The notes under the pieces were generated by a model. It did not search any database. It saw only the letters and a list, made by a program, of their open reading frames with translations, and had not been told where the DNA came from. This document shows positions 28,225 to 38,296 of a DNA stretch of 64,000 nucleotides, one piece after another. The stretch is from Mollicutes bacterium (GTDB lineage Bacteria; Bacillota_I; Bacilli_A; RF39; UBA660), in NCBI GenBank assembly GCA_012520435.1, contig JAAYOI010000007.1, positions 964 to 64,963 of the forward strand. The letters are read 5' to 3'. Within the stretch, counting starts at the first letter, position 1. Every line of letters begins with the position of its first letter. Both the position numbers and the translations under genes were made by a program.

Positions 28225-29595
28225 ATGAATTTAGAAAAAATTGTTAATTTATGTAAACAATATGGATTTATTTTTCAAGGTAGTGAAATTTATGATGGAC
28301 TTGCGAATACTTGGGATTATGGACCTTTAGGAGTGGAATTAAAAAATAATATTAAAAAAGCATGGTTAAAAAAGTTTGTTCAAGAAAATCCTTATAATGT
28401 TGGTATGGATAGTGCAATTTTAATGAATCCTAAAACATGGGAAGCTAGTGGACATTTAAGTAATTTTAATGATCCATTAATTGATTGTAAGGAATGTAAA
28501 ACAAGGCATCGTGCCGATAAATTGATTGAAGAATTTACGGAAGGAAAAATTACAGTTGATGGTTGGTCAAATGAAAAATTAATTGAATATATTAAAGAAA
28601 ATAATGTAAAGTGTCCAAAATGTGGTAAAGTAAATTATACTGATATTCGCCAATTTAATTTAATGTTTAAAACTTTTCAAGGAGTTGTTGAAGATAGTGC
28701 TAATACGATTTATTTGCGTCCAGAAACAGCTCAAGGTATATTTGTTAATTTCTTAAATGTTCAAAGAAGTATGCGTTTAAAAATACCTTTTGGCATTGCT
28801 CAAATAGGTAAAAGTTTTCGTAATGAAATAACGCCAGGTAACTTTATTTTTAGAACCCGTGAATTTGAACAAATGGAATTAGAATTTTTCTGTAAACCAG
28901 GAACCGAATTAGAATGGTTTAAATATTGGAAAGATTATTGTTATAATTGGTTATTAAGTTTAGGAATTAACAAAGAAAATATTCGCCTTCGCGATCACTC
29001 AAAAGAAGAATTAAGTCATTATTCAAATGCAACAACTGATATTGAATATAAATTCCCATTTGGTTGGGGAGAATTATGGGGGATTGCTAGTCGTACCGAT
29101 TATGATTTAAAACAACATCAACTTTTTTCTAAAAAAAGTATGGAATATTTAGATCCCGAAACTAATGAAAAATATATTCCTTATGTTGTTGAACCTAGTT
29201 TAGGTGCCGATCGAATGATTTTAGTTATTTTATGTGATGCTTATGATATTGAAACATTAGAAGATGGAAGTGAAAGAGAAATCATGAAATTCCATCCTAC
29301 TTTGGCTCCATATAAGGTTGCTGTTTTCCCATTAATTAAGAAAAATCATTCAGAAAAAGCTAAAGAATTATATCAAATGTTAAGTAAACATTTTATGGTT
29401 GTTTATGATGAAACTGGCAATATTGGTAAAAGATATCGTCGTCAAGATGTTATTGGAACACCATTTTGTATTACCGTTGATGATGAAACTTTAAATAATA
29501 ATACAGTAACAATTCGTGATCGTGATACGATGAAACAAATAACTTTATCAATTTATGAAATTATAGATTATCTAAAAGGAAAAATAGAATATTAA
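28225..29595 (+). CDS. glyQS: glycine--tRNA ligase (homodimeric GlyQS type)
   Basis: [37 protein letters not shown]-terminus. Class II motifs and the zinc-binding CKECK...CPKC insertion. RBS GGAGGGG upstream. Confidence 0.92.
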   Translation: MNLEKIVNLCKQYGFIFQGSEIYDGLANTWDYGPLGVELKNNIKKAWLKKFVQENPYNVGMDSAILMNPKTWEASGHLSNFNDPLIDCKECKTRHRADKLIEEFTEGKITVDGWSNEKLIEYIKENNVKCPKCGKVNYTDIRQFNLMFKTFQGVVEDSANTIYLRPETAQGIFVNFLNVQRSMRLKIPFGIAQIGKSFRNEITPGNFIFRTREFEQMELEFFCKPGTELEWFKYWKDYCYNWLLSLGINKENIRLRDHSKEELSHYSNATTDIEYKFPFGWGELWGIASRTDYDLKQHQLFSKKSMEYLDPETNEKYIPYVVEPSLGADRMILVILCDAYDIETLEDGSEREIMKFHPTLAPYKVAVFPLIKKNHSEKAKELYQMLSKHFMVVYDETGNIGKRYRRQDVIGTPFCITVDDETLNNNTVTIRDRDTMKQITLSIYEIIDYLKGKIEY

Positions 29596-29689
29596 TATTT
29601 TTCCTTTTTTATTGTAAATACTTATTTGGTATATATATTTTAAATAAATTACAACTAATTATAATAAATTAAGTAATTTAAGTAAAAAA

Positions 29690-29709
29690 TTTTACTATAT
29701 ATAGTAAAA
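29690..29709. promoter_or_regulatory. perfect 20-bp palindrome upstream of sepF (candidate operator)
   Basis: TTTTACTATATATAGTAAAA is perfectly self-complementary. It lies about 100 nt upstream of the sepF start, just upstream of a TGGTAAAAT extended -10. Confidence 0.3.
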
Positions 29710-29806
29710 AACAAGAAAAATAATAAAAAAATATTTCTTTTTTTATAAAACTATGGTAAAATGTTATGTAGTAAAGTGTATAATAGTGTAGAGTGGAGGA
29801 ATATAT

Positions 29807-30214
29807 ATGGGTTTTAGCATCAAAAAATGGTTATCAAATGATGAGCCAGATGTATTTAGTAATAGTGGTGTTGGAGATGCTTATTATCATGTAAGGCCAG
29901 AAGAAACTTTACAAGAAGGAAATAAAATGATTTTATTGGAACCTCGTGCTTATTCAGAATCACAACAAATTGCCGATTATTTACGTAATCGTAATACGGT
30001 TGTTGTTAATTTAAAAAGGGTTACACCTGATCAAGCAAAAAGAATTGTTGATTTTTTAAGTGGAACTATTTATGCGATTGATGGTGGTATTCAAAAAATA
30101 GGCGGTGGCATTTTCTTGTGTACCCCAAATAATGTTAATATTGAAGGTAAAATTACTGATGAAAAAGATAGTAAAAATATTCATGATAATGATGATATAG
30201 ATATTGAATGGTAA
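29807..30214 (+). CDS. sepF: cell division protein SepF
   Basis: [72 protein letters not shown] matches the SepF/DUF552 core. Confidence 0.82.
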   Translation: MGFSIKKWLSNDEPDVFSNSGVGDAYYHVRPEETLQEGNKMILLEPRAYSESQQIADYLRNRNTVVVNLKRVTPDQAKRIVDFLSGTIYAIDGGIQKIGGGIFLCTPNNVNIEGKITDEKDSKNIHDNDDIDIEW

Positions 30215-30284
30215 TTTAGAAAAATAATATTGAAATTGAAAAGAAAGTGTGCTACAATACTTAGTAGCGCCAAGGGGTGAGATG

Positions 30285-30743
30285 ATGGAAAAATTTAACC
30301 GTACACTTCGTGGCTATAATCCAGCAGAAGTAAATCGTTTTTTAGATCAAGTTATTAAACAAGTTGAGGAAATGGTTAATGAGCTAAAAGTTAAAAATGA
30401 ACGTATTATTGAATTAGAAAAAGTTGAGCAAGAAAACCAAATTTTAAGAGACAAATTAGGACAATATGAAAGAATGGAAGAAACTTTAAATAAAGCAATT
30501 TTAATGGCTCAAAGAACTTCTGATCAAATTAGGAGTGCTGCTCAACAAGAAAGAGAAACTATTATTGAGGATGCTAAAAGGAATGCTAGTCGCATTGTTA
30601 ATGAAGCTTTACTTCGTGCTGAAAAAACAGAATATGAGGCTAGTATGCTTAGACGAAATTTAAATGTTTTTAAAAGACGTTTACGCGATATTATCGAATC
30701 TCAATTAGAATTTGTTGATGATATTGAAAAAATTGAATTATAA
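30285..30743 (+). CDS. divIVA: cell division/septum-placement protein DivIVA
   Basis: RGYNPAEVNRFLDQV DivIVA N-domain followed by coiled coil. Start chosen at the second ATG, 7 nt after the GGGG RBS; 30282 is an alternative. Confidence 0.8.
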   Translation: MEKFNRTLRGYNPAEVNRFLDQVIKQVEEMVNELKVKNERIIELEKVEQENQILRDKLGQYERMEETLNKAILMAQRTSDQIRSAAQQERETIIEDAKRNASRIVNEALLRAEKTEYEASMLRRNLNVFKRRLRDIIESQLEFVDDIEKIEL

Positions 30744-30759
30744 AAACAGATGATGGAGA

Positions 30760-30960
30760 CGGTATGTTACAGCGTTTTATAGAGAGTTAGTGGTTGGTGG
30801 AAACTAACAAACAAATAATATACGGATCACTCCTGATGTATCTTCTCGATAAGTAGGGAAGAATCGCAAGTTGCGTTATCAAAAATAAGTGCGTAAGTAA
30901 ATTACGAATTAAGGTGGTACCGCGTTCAAAACGTCCTTAAAATTAAGGATGTTTTTTTAA
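30760..30960 (+). promoter_or_regulatory. T-box riboswitch leader (Ile-specific, ileS)
   Basis: T-box sequence AAGGTGGTACCGCG at 30911-30924. Terminator cgtccttaa/ttaaggatg plus TTTTTTT. The 34-nt stem I module is identical to that of the pheS leader. AUC (GGATCAC) is the candidate specifier. Confidence 0.8.
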
Positions 30961-30992
30961 TACTTTTTTATCGCAAAAAGGAGAGGTGAATT

Positions 30993-33716
30993 ATGGACTA
31001 TAAAGATACATTATTAATGCCTAAAACAGAATTTAGTATGCGAGGTAATTTACCAGAAAATGAAAAAGTCCAAAGACAAAAATGGGAAGAAATGGCTTTA
31101 TATAATAAAATATTAGAAAAAAATAAAGATGGTAAACCATTTGTTTTACATGATGGTCCTCCATATGCGAATGGGGATATTCATATTGGGCATGCTTTAA
31201 ATAAAATTTTAAAAGATTTTATTAATCGTTATCATATGTTAGAAGGGGACCAAGTTATCTATATTCCAGGTTGGGATGTTCACGGTCTTCCAATTGAAAC
31301 GGCTGTTACTAATAGTGGTGTTAATCGTAAAGAAATGGGAAAAAATGAATTTAGAGATTTATGTAAAAAATATGCTTTAGAACAAATTGAAAAACAAAAA
31401 GACCAATTTAAAAAATTAAATGTTATTGGTGATTGGGAACATCCATATGTAACAATGGAAAAAAGTTTTGAAGCAAGACAAATTGAAGTATTTGCCGAAA
31501 TGGCTAAAAGAGGTTTAATCTATAAAGGATTAAAACCTGTTTACTGGAGTCCAAGTAGTGAATCTGCTTTAGCAGAAGCCGAAATTGAATACTATGATCG
31601 TAAAGATCCATCTATTTATGTAGCTTTTCCAGTAGTTGAAGGCAATGATGTTATAGATGTTAATGATAATTTAGTTATTTGGACGACTACTCCTTGGACC
31701 TTACCTGGTAACTTAGGAATTGCTGTTAGTGACCAATTTGATTATGCTAAAATTTTAGTTAATGATAAGAAATATATTGTTGCTAAAGACCTACTTGATA
31801 CTTTAGCTCAAGAATTCGAATGGAAAGAATATGAAATAGTAAATACCTTTAATGGTAAAAAATTAGAAGGTGTTAAATATCAACATGTTTTTATGGATCG
31901 TACCTCACCAGTTATTATTGGTTATCTTGTTGCTCTTGATACAGGAACTGGTTTAGTTCATATCGCACCAGGTTATGGTGAAGATGACTTTATTATTGGT
32001 AAACAATATAATTTAGGACTAATTAATGGTATTAATGACCAAGGATATTTAACCGAAGAATCGGGAGAATTTGCGGGATTATATTTTGAAGATGCTAATA
32101 AAGCTATTACTATAAAATTAGATGAACTTGGTGTTTTATTAAAACTTAAATTTATTACCCACTCTTATCCTCATGATTGGCGTACTAAAAAACCAGTTAT
32201 TTTTAGAGCTACTTTCCAATGGTTTTGTAGTATTGATAAAATTCGTGATGATTTATTAAATGAAATTGAAAACAAAATTAAATGGATGCCAGAATGGGGT
32301 AAAGTAAGATTATATAATATGATTAAAGAAAGAGGAGATTGGTGTATTTCACGCCAACGTGTTTGGGGTGTCCCAATTCCAATTTTCTATAATGAAGATG
32401 GTAGTGAAATTGTTGATTATGATGTTATGATGCATGTAGCTAAACTCTTTAGAGAACATGGATCCGACATTTGGTTTAAATGGGATGCAAAAGATTTATT
32501 ACCTGAAGGTTATAGTAATCCAGCTAGTCCTAATGGTAATTTTACAAAAGAAGAAGATATCATGGATGTTTGGTTTGATTCAGGTTCAACCCATACAGGA
32601 GTTTTAGTTGAAAGAGGATTAAAATTCCCAGCTGATATTTACTTAGAAGGATCAGATCAATATCGTGGATGGTTTAATTCATCACTCATTTGTAGTGTAG
32701 CTGTTCATGGAATAAGTCCATATCAACAAATTGTATCTCATGGCTTTGTTCTAGATGGTAAAGGCTTAAAGATGAGTAAAAGTATGGGTAATGTTATTGA
32801 TCCACTTAAAGTTATTGATATGCATGGTTCTGATATTTTAAGATTATGGGTTGCTAGTGTCGATTATAAAGAAGATGTTCGTATTAGTGAAGAATTAATT
32901 GAACAAGTAAAAGAAAGTTATCGTAAAATTAGAAATACTTATCGCTTTATGTTAGGTAATTTATTTGATTTTAATCCTAAAATCGATAAAGTTAAATTTA
33001 AAGATATGAGTAAATACAATCAATATATGTTGATTGAATTAAATGAAATTATTAAAGAAATAAAATATAGTTATAATACTTTTAATTTCCAAGATATTTA
33101 TAAAATTGTTAATAATTATGTTAATGATTTATCTACTTTTTATTTAGATTTTACTAAGGACATATTATATATTGAATCTTTTAATTCTTATAAGAGAAGA
33201 AGTGTTCAAACCGTTTTATATGAAATTTTAACATCTTTAATTAAACTATTAGCGCCAATTTTACCTTATACTAGCGAAGAAGTATATCAATTATTACCTG
33301 GTGAAAAAGAAGAAAGTGTTCATTTAGAAAGAAATCCAGAAATAAAAGAATATGAAAATGCCCAAGAAATAATGAATTATTTTGATAAATTCTTTAAAAT
33401 TAAAGATGATGTTTATAAAGCATTAGAAGAAGCACGTAATGAAAAATTAATTGGTAAAGGATTAGAAGCTAGAGTTTATATTCAGGCAACTGGTGAATAC
33501 TTAGATATTGTTAAAGATTTAGGTAAAGATTTAAAACAATTACTAATTGTATCTGATGTTGTTTTAACTGATGAGGAATTACCTAAATATAGTGTTATTG
33601 GGGTAAAAGTAGAAGCCTTTGTTAGTAAAAAGTGTGAAAGATGTTGGAATTATTTTGAAGAAAAAGATATGCATGGTGATATTTGCGATCGTTGTTATGA
33701 GGTTATTAGTGAATAA
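30993..33716 (+). CDS. ileS: isoleucine--tRNA ligase
   Basis: HIGH (PYANGDIHIGHAL), KMSKS, C-terminal zinc-finger cysteines (CERCW...CDRC). 907 aa. Confidence 0.95.
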   Translation: MDYKDTLLMPKTEFSMRGNLPENEKVQRQKWEEMALYNKILEKNKDGKPFVLHDGPPYANGDIHIGHALNKILKDFINRYHMLEGDQVIYIPGWDVHGLPIETAVTNSGVNRKEMGKNEFRDLCKKYALEQIEKQKDQFKKLNVIGDWEHPYVTMEKSFEARQIEVFAEMAKRGLIYKGLKPVYWSPSSESALAEAEIEYYDRKDPSIYVAFPVVEGNDVIDVNDNLVIWTTTPWTLPGNLGIAVSDQFDYAKILVNDKKYIVAKDLLDTLAQEFEWKEYEIVNTFNGKKLEGVKYQHVFMDRTSPVIIGYLVALDTGTGLVHIAPGYGEDDFIIGKQYNLGLINGINDQGYLTEESGEFAGLYFEDANKAITIKLDELGVLLKLKFITHSYPHDWRTKKPVIFRATFQWFCSIDKIRDDLLNEIENKIKWMPEWGKVRLYNMIKERGDWCISRQRVWGVPIPIFYNEDGSEIVDYDVMMHVAKLFREHGSDIWFKWDAKDLLPEGYSNPASPNGNFTKEEDIMDVWFDSGSTHTGVLVERGLKFPADIYLEGSDQYRGWFNSSLICSVAVHGISPYQQIVSHGFVLDGKGLKMSKSMGNVIDPLKVIDMHGSDILRLWVASVDYKEDVRISEELIEQVKESYRKIRNTYRFMLGNLFDFNPKIDKVKFKDMSKYNQYMLIELNEIIKEIKYSYNTFNFQDIYKIVNNYVNDLSTFYLDFTKDILYIESFNSYKRRSVQTVLYEILTSLIKLLAPILPYTSEEVYQLLPGEKEESVHLERNPEIKEYENAQEIMNYFDKFFKIKDDVYKALEEARNEKLIGKGLEARVYIQATGEYLDIVKDLGKDLKQLLIVSDVVLTDEELPKYSVIGVKVEAFVSKKCERCWNYFEEKDMHGDICDRCYEVISE

Positions 33717-33750
33717 ATAATTTAAGTAGTCATATAAAAATAATAGCTAA

Positions 33751-34458
33751 TTAGCTATTATTTTTGTTTTTAATAAATTCCCTTAATATTTTAGTTAGAG
33801 CTCTTTTTTCAATTCTTGATACATAACTTCTTGATATTCCTAATTGTTCGGCAATTTCTTTTTGAGTTATTTCTTCATGTCCATCTAAACCATATCTTTT
33901 ACAAATGATTTCTTTTTCACGATCAGTTAAAACATTAAAATATTGTTTTAGTAAAGAAATATTATTTTGTTTATGAAGATCCATCGCAAAATCAGGTTTA
34001 GGTGTTTTTAAAATATCTAAAAAGGTTATTTCGTTACCATCTTTATCAAACCCAATTGATTCGGTAATACTAATATTTTTACTATTTTTTTTATCACCTC
34101 TAAAATACATAAGGATTTCATTTTCAATACATCTTGCACAATAAGTAGTTATTTTCGTTCCATGTTTATAAGAATAACTATCAACTCCTTTAATAAGACC
34201 AATCGTTCCAATACTAATTAAATCATCAATATCTTCTTTTTTATGATTATATTTTTTAACAATATGAGCAACTAATCTTAAATTGTGTTCAATTAATTTA
34301 TTACGTGCCTCCTTATCACCTAATTTAGATCTCCTTATACATTCTTCTTCTTCTTCTTTAGATAAAGGATCAGGAAAAACATTATTAGAGTAAGCAGCAG
34401 TAAAGATATAAAAATCTTTAAATATTTTTTTAATCAGTTTCCATAGCATCAAAATCAC
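33751..34458 (-). CDS. sigK: sporulation sigma factor SigK (pro-sigma-K, uninterrupted)
   Basis: The pro-sequence/region 2 NNVFPDPLSKEEEEEC...NKLIEHNLRLVAHIVKKY...DLISIGTIGLIKGVDSY...YCARCIENEILMYFR and the C-terminal ISRSYVSRIEKRALTKI are near-identical in pattern to B. subtilis SigK (NNAFPQPLSSSEEKKY...NMLIEHNLRLVAHIVKKF...ISRSYVSRIEKRALMKM). Confidence 0.82.
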   Translation of the reverse strand: MILMLWKLIKKIFKDFYIFTAAYSNNVFPDPLSKEEEEECIRRSKLGDKEARNKLIEHNLRLVAHIVKKYNHKKEDIDDLISIGTIGLIKGVDSYSYKHGTKITTYCARCIENEILMYFRGDKKNSKNISITESIGFDKDGNEITFLDILKTPKPDFAMDLHKQNNISLLKQYFNVLTDREKEIICKRYGLDGHEEITQKEIAEQLGISRSYVSRIEKRALTKILREFIKNKNNS

Positions 34459-34522
34459 ATCCTAATTAATTATATGGGATAGACTTATCCATAATTATTT
34501 TGAATAAAAAAAAGTTCTTTTA

Positions 34523-34531
34523 TGGTATAAT
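34523..34531 (+). promoter_or_regulatory. extended -10 promoter element for the AAA+ gene
   Basis: TGGTATAAT located 21 nt upstream of the ATG at 34552. Confidence 0.4.
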
Positions 34532-34551
34532 ATTTTTTAGGGGGAATGGTT

Positions 34552-36438
34552 ATGGAGATTAATGAGAAAAAAACCCATGAATTATCAGAAATATCAAACA
34601 TAGATTTAGAATTTTTAGAATTTTATTTAGAAGAAAATAATTTGAATGTTAATAAAATTATTGAAAATTTAAAAAGTTTAAATTTTAATAAAGATATAAT
34701 TCCTATTTTATTTTTTCACGATTATAATTTAACATTTAATCCATTCATTTATTTAATAATGGAAATGAAAAATTCCATTAAAAATATGTATAATAACTTT
34801 AAATATTTTGAAAAGTATAATTTACAAAAAGATATTCTTAGATTTTATTATGGAATAGTGCACTTAGTTAAAAGAAATCCTGATGTTCCCAAAAAAATAG
34901 GGGCAAGGATACTTAAAAAATTTGATACCAATCTAGCAAAATATATTGAAAAAGATAAAGTGGGACAATCAGATGAAATAAAATGGCTTATTAAACACTT
35001 AACTAATATTTTAAAATTTAATCATAATGGGGAATTAATTAATGATTGTTGGCAATTTGATTATATTCGTAAAATGCTAAATATTGCTTATATGCGAATA
35101 TTTTTGGAAATAGCTAATGTTGATGAAGAAACTTTTGAAATCTTATCTCATTTAGAATTACGTTTACTTTCAGATTCTACTTATGAAGATGATGATACCT
35201 TTTTTATTAATGTGAATTTATATGATGGAATTGTTTTTGATAAAATATTGGAAATGTTTTTTGATGATTTTGAAAGTAATGAAGATGTTATATATGATTT
35301 ATTTGAACAATTTATTGAAAAAGTAGAAGATAATTTTCTTTTTAATGATTTAGATAAAAAAGAAGAAAAAAATAAAAAAGAAAAGGAAGAAAAAGAAAAC
35401 AAAGAAAGTGAAAACAAAGAAAGTGAAAACAAAGAAAAAGTGATCAACAAAAATACATTATCATATTTAAATTTAGAAAAACTTCTCAAAGAAAAAATTA
35501 TAGGTCAAGATAACGTTATTGAGAAATTAGTTGAAAGAATAAAGATTGCTAATTTTGGAGTAAGTAAAGAAGTTGGCGCGAAAGCAGTCTTTTTGTTGGC
35601 AGGACCAACCGGGATTGGTAAAACTGAAATAGTTAAATTAATTAGTCAAAATATTGGTGATAATTCAAATAATAAAACAAAGAGTAATTTGATTAGACTT
35701 GATATGAGTGAATATAAAGAATCACATACTGGTAGTAAAATAATAGGAGCGCCTCCAGGATATGTTGGATATGATGATTTGGAAGATAATACTGTTTTTG
35801 ATAAAATAAGAAGAAATCCTAATGCCATTATATTATTAGATGAAATTGAAAAAGCTCATCCAGAAGTTTTAGATATTTTTCTTCATATTTTTGATGAAGG
35901 AAAAGCAATGACTAATAAACAAAAAGAAGTTGATTTTAGGAATAATATCTTTTTTATGACAACTAATATTGGATCTTTTGAAGCAAGTAAAAATGCAATT
36001 GGTTTTGATAATAATAGAGATAAAAATTTAGATAAATTAGGAACTTATAAAAAAGCTTTAGAAAAATATTTAAGACCAGAATTTATTAATCGGATTGATG
36101 AGATTATAATTTTTAATAGTTTAACCAAAGAAAATGTCGCAACAATTATTAATAATCAAATAAGCAATCTTGAAAAAATAATAAAAGAAGAAAAGCAGAT
36201 GAATATTGGAATAAAGATATCTAATGAAGCTTTAGAATATTTGATTAATAAAAGTGATTATAGCAGATATGGTGCTCGTGAAATTCGTCGTATAATTGAA
36301 ACCCATGTATTAAAACCTATTATTAATAATTTAAGTAATGGCATTAATCTTAATAATAGAAATTTACATATTGACTATGTAGAAAATGGATTAGATTATC
36401 GATTTGAAAAAATTAAAATATTAACGAAAGAAATGTAA
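34552..36438 (+). CDS. single-ring ClpB-D2-type AAA+ ATPase with an unknown ~300-aa N-terminal domain and a K/E-rich linker
   Basis: The C-terminal half carries only a Clp D2 module (GPTGIGKTEIVKLIS; LIRLDMSEYKESHTGSKIIGAPPGYVGYDD; ILLDEIEKAHPEVLDIFLHIFDEGK; sensor-2 GAREIRR). There is no Clp_N, D1 or middle domain. The N-terminal 300 aa have no recognisable motif. Start set at the second ATG, 7 nt after GGGGG. Confidence 0.6.
   Translation: MEINEKKTHELSEISNIDLEFLEFYLEENNLNVNKIIENLKSLNFNKDIIPILFFHDYNLTFNPFIYLIMEMKNSIKNMYNNFKYFEKYNLQKDILRFYYGIVHLVKRNPDVPKKIGARILKKFDTNLAKYIEKDKVGQSDEIKWLIKHLTNILKFNHNGELINDCWQFDYIRKMLNIAYMRIFLEIANVDEETFEILSHLELRLLSDSTYEDDDTFFINVNLYDGIVFDKILEMFFDDFESNEDVIYDLFEQFIEKVEDNFLFNDLDKKEEKNKKEKEEKENKESENKESENKEKVINKNTLSYLNLEKLLKEKIIGQDNVIEKLVERIKIANFGVSKEVGAKAVFLLAGPTGIGKTEIVKLISQNIGDNSNNKTKSNLIRLDMSEYKESHTGSKIIGAPPGYVGYDDLEDNTVFDKIRRNPNAIILLDEIEKAHPEVLDIFLHIFDEGKAMTNKQKEVDFRNNIFFMTTNIGSFEASKNAIGFDNNRDKNLDKLGTYKKALEKYLRPEFINRIDEIIIFNSLTKENVATIINNQISNLEKIIKEEKQMNIGIKISNEALEYLINKSDYSRYGAREIRRIIETHVLKPIINNLSNGINLNNRNLHIDYVENGLDYRFEKIKILTKEM
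35389..35445 (+). repeat. tandem 15-nt repeat (aaagaaagtgaaaac x2 plus degenerate copies) encoding a KESENKESEN K/E-rich linker
   Basis: Direct repeats are visible inside the AAA+ gene. They explain the spurious low-complexity minus-strand ORF 35181-35489. Confidence 0.5.
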
Positions 36439-36496
36439 AAAGGCATTTCTTTTTTGTTTAAAATATGTTAAACTTTATATGATTGTTTTATTGTAG

Positions 36497-38215
36497 GTGA
36501 TATTAATGAGAAAGAATATATTTAATAAAATAGTGATTTTAGGTATTTTGATATTTCTTTTTGGTTTATATTTATTACTAAGCGAAAATTTTAATATTGA
36601 AAATTTTGATCAAACAATTGGTAGTAAACAATTTAATGTTCTAAAATGGTCAAAAAGTATAGGAACAAGTAAATATAAAGTTATTATTAAAAATAATAAT
36701 AAAATTATAAAAGAAATAATAACTCCTAATCATGAACTTATTCTTGATGATTTAAATCTTACTTCTAATTCTTTTACGGTTGATGTTATTGCCTATCACA
36801 AACTAAAAAGACAAGTTAAACGTTCTAAAACTTTTAATTGGAATTTACCACTCATTCAACTTAATAAAGAGGAAATACCGGTATTAAGTAAAAGCGATAT
36901 TACCGATGTTACAATTAATTTAATAAATAATGCTAATCAAGATAATTATATAATTGTTTCAAAAGAAGGGAAGGATTTAAAACATTTAAATATTGAAGAA
37001 AATAAAATAAGTGCCTCATTTTTTAAAGATTTAGATGATTATTTAGGAACTTATGAAATTATGTTATGTCAAGATTATAATGATAAAAAAATAATCTTAC
37101 ATAAAACATATCTTAATATCATACCTAAACCCATTACTGATATTGTTATCAATCAACCATTAAATAATAGTGAAGTTTCTTTAGATGATTTAATTATTAA
37201 TTTTAGTGGTGGAAAATATGCTGATAAATATTATTATAGTTTACAGGATCAAGATGGAAAAATAATAATTGATAAAGCTTTAATTGATTCTCAACAATTT
37301 ATAATTTCTAAAGATTATTTAAATCCAGAAGAAAAGTATACTTTAATTATTACAGGTCAACATTTTTTAGATAATAATGTAACCAAATCTGTTAAACTAA
37401 ATTTTAAAGTAGCGCCTCTTAATAAAGTTAGTCAAATTATTAGTACTAAACCAAGTGGGGAAATTGGTAAAAATAGAGCAGTTAGACTTTTAACTTATAC
37501 AAATGATGCCCAAATTTATTATACCCTTGATGGAAGTATACCAACTAAAAATAGTATTGAATATAAGGGATCAATTTTTATTGATCGAGATGTAACATTA
37601 AAAGCGATTGCAGTAAAAGAAGGTATGATTGATAGTGATATTTTAGAACTCCAATTTAAAGCAGTTGAAAAAGAACCAGTTATATATTTAAGTCCTTCCA
37701 TTCAAAATGAAAATTATGGTGTAAAAAAGGCTGGATATACAACCGAAAGAGAAATGATGAACAAAATAAGTGATTATATTGAAGAACGTTTAAAACAAAA
37801 AAAGATAATTGTTTATCGCAATCATCCTGATATGACTTTGTCAGAGATTGTCAATGAATCGTCAAAATATGATGTAGATTTACACCTGGCTATTCATTCT
37901 AATAAATTTAATGGTAAGGTTTCAGGTGTAGAAACTTGGATTCATGAATATGAAGTAGGCAAAGCTTATGAAATTGCTAGTTTGATTCAAAAGGCATTAA
38001 TGCAAATTTATTATAATCCAAAAGGAAATCGTGGTATTAAATATAATAATGAAATAGATGAAATGCGTGAGACAAGTCCTAAGAATGTTACGAATGGAGT
38101 ATTAGTAGAAATCGCTTTTCATGATCATTATAAAGATGCCAAATGGATAGTTGATAATCAAAAGAAAATAGGTTATGCGATTGCTGATGCGGTAGCAAGT
38201 TATTTTGGGAGATAG
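36497..38215 (+). CDS. membrane-anchored cell-wall hydrolase: Fn3-associated/chitobiase-C-like domain plus Amidase_3-like (MurNAc-L-Ala amidase) C-terminal domain
   Basis: N-terminal TM segment. AQIYYTLDGSIPTKNSIEYKGSIFIDRDVTLKAIAVKEG is a typical Fn3-associated motif. The C-terminal region (DVDLHLAIHSNKFNGKVSGVETWIH, preceded by IYLSPSIQNEN in place of the usual xDxGHGG) resembles the Amidase_3 family with an atypical first motif. Confidence 0.45.
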   Translation: MILMRKNIFNKIVILGILIFLFGLYLLLSENFNIENFDQTIGSKQFNVLKWSKSIGTSKYKVIIKNNNKIIKEIITPNHELILDDLNLTSNSFTVDVIAYHKLKRQVKRSKTFNWNLPLIQLNKEEIPVLSKSDITDVTINLINNANQDNYIIVSKEGKDLKHLNIEENKISASFFKDLDDYLGTYEIMLCQDYNDKKIILHKTYLNIIPKPITDIVINQPLNNSEVSLDDLIINFSGGKYADKYYYSLQDQDGKIIIDKALIDSQQFIISKDYLNPEEKYTLIITGQHFLDNNVTKSVKLNFKVAPLNKVSQIISTKPSGEIGKNRAVRLLTYTNDAQIYYTLDGSIPTKNSIEYKGSIFIDRDVTLKAIAVKEGMIDSDILELQFKAVEKEPVIYLSPSIQNENYGVKKAGYTTEREMMNKISDYIEERLKQKKIIVYRNHPDMTLSEIVNESSKYDVDLHLAIHSNKFNGKVSGVETWIHEYEVGKAYEIASLIQKALMQIYYNPKGNRGIKYNNEIDEMRETSPKNVTNGVLVEIAFHDHYKDAKWIVDNQKKIGYAIADAVASYFGR

Positions 38216-38296
38216 ACTATAGAAAATATAGTCTATTTTTATATATAGTACTTGACAATACAAGATAGCTGGTATAAAATGTATCTGAGGTGATGT

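Noticed and set aside
35181-35489. Minus-strand 102-aa ORF rich in SLFS repeats.
   Set aside because: It is the antisense reading of the K/E-rich 15-nt tandem repeat inside the AAA+ gene, not an independent gene.
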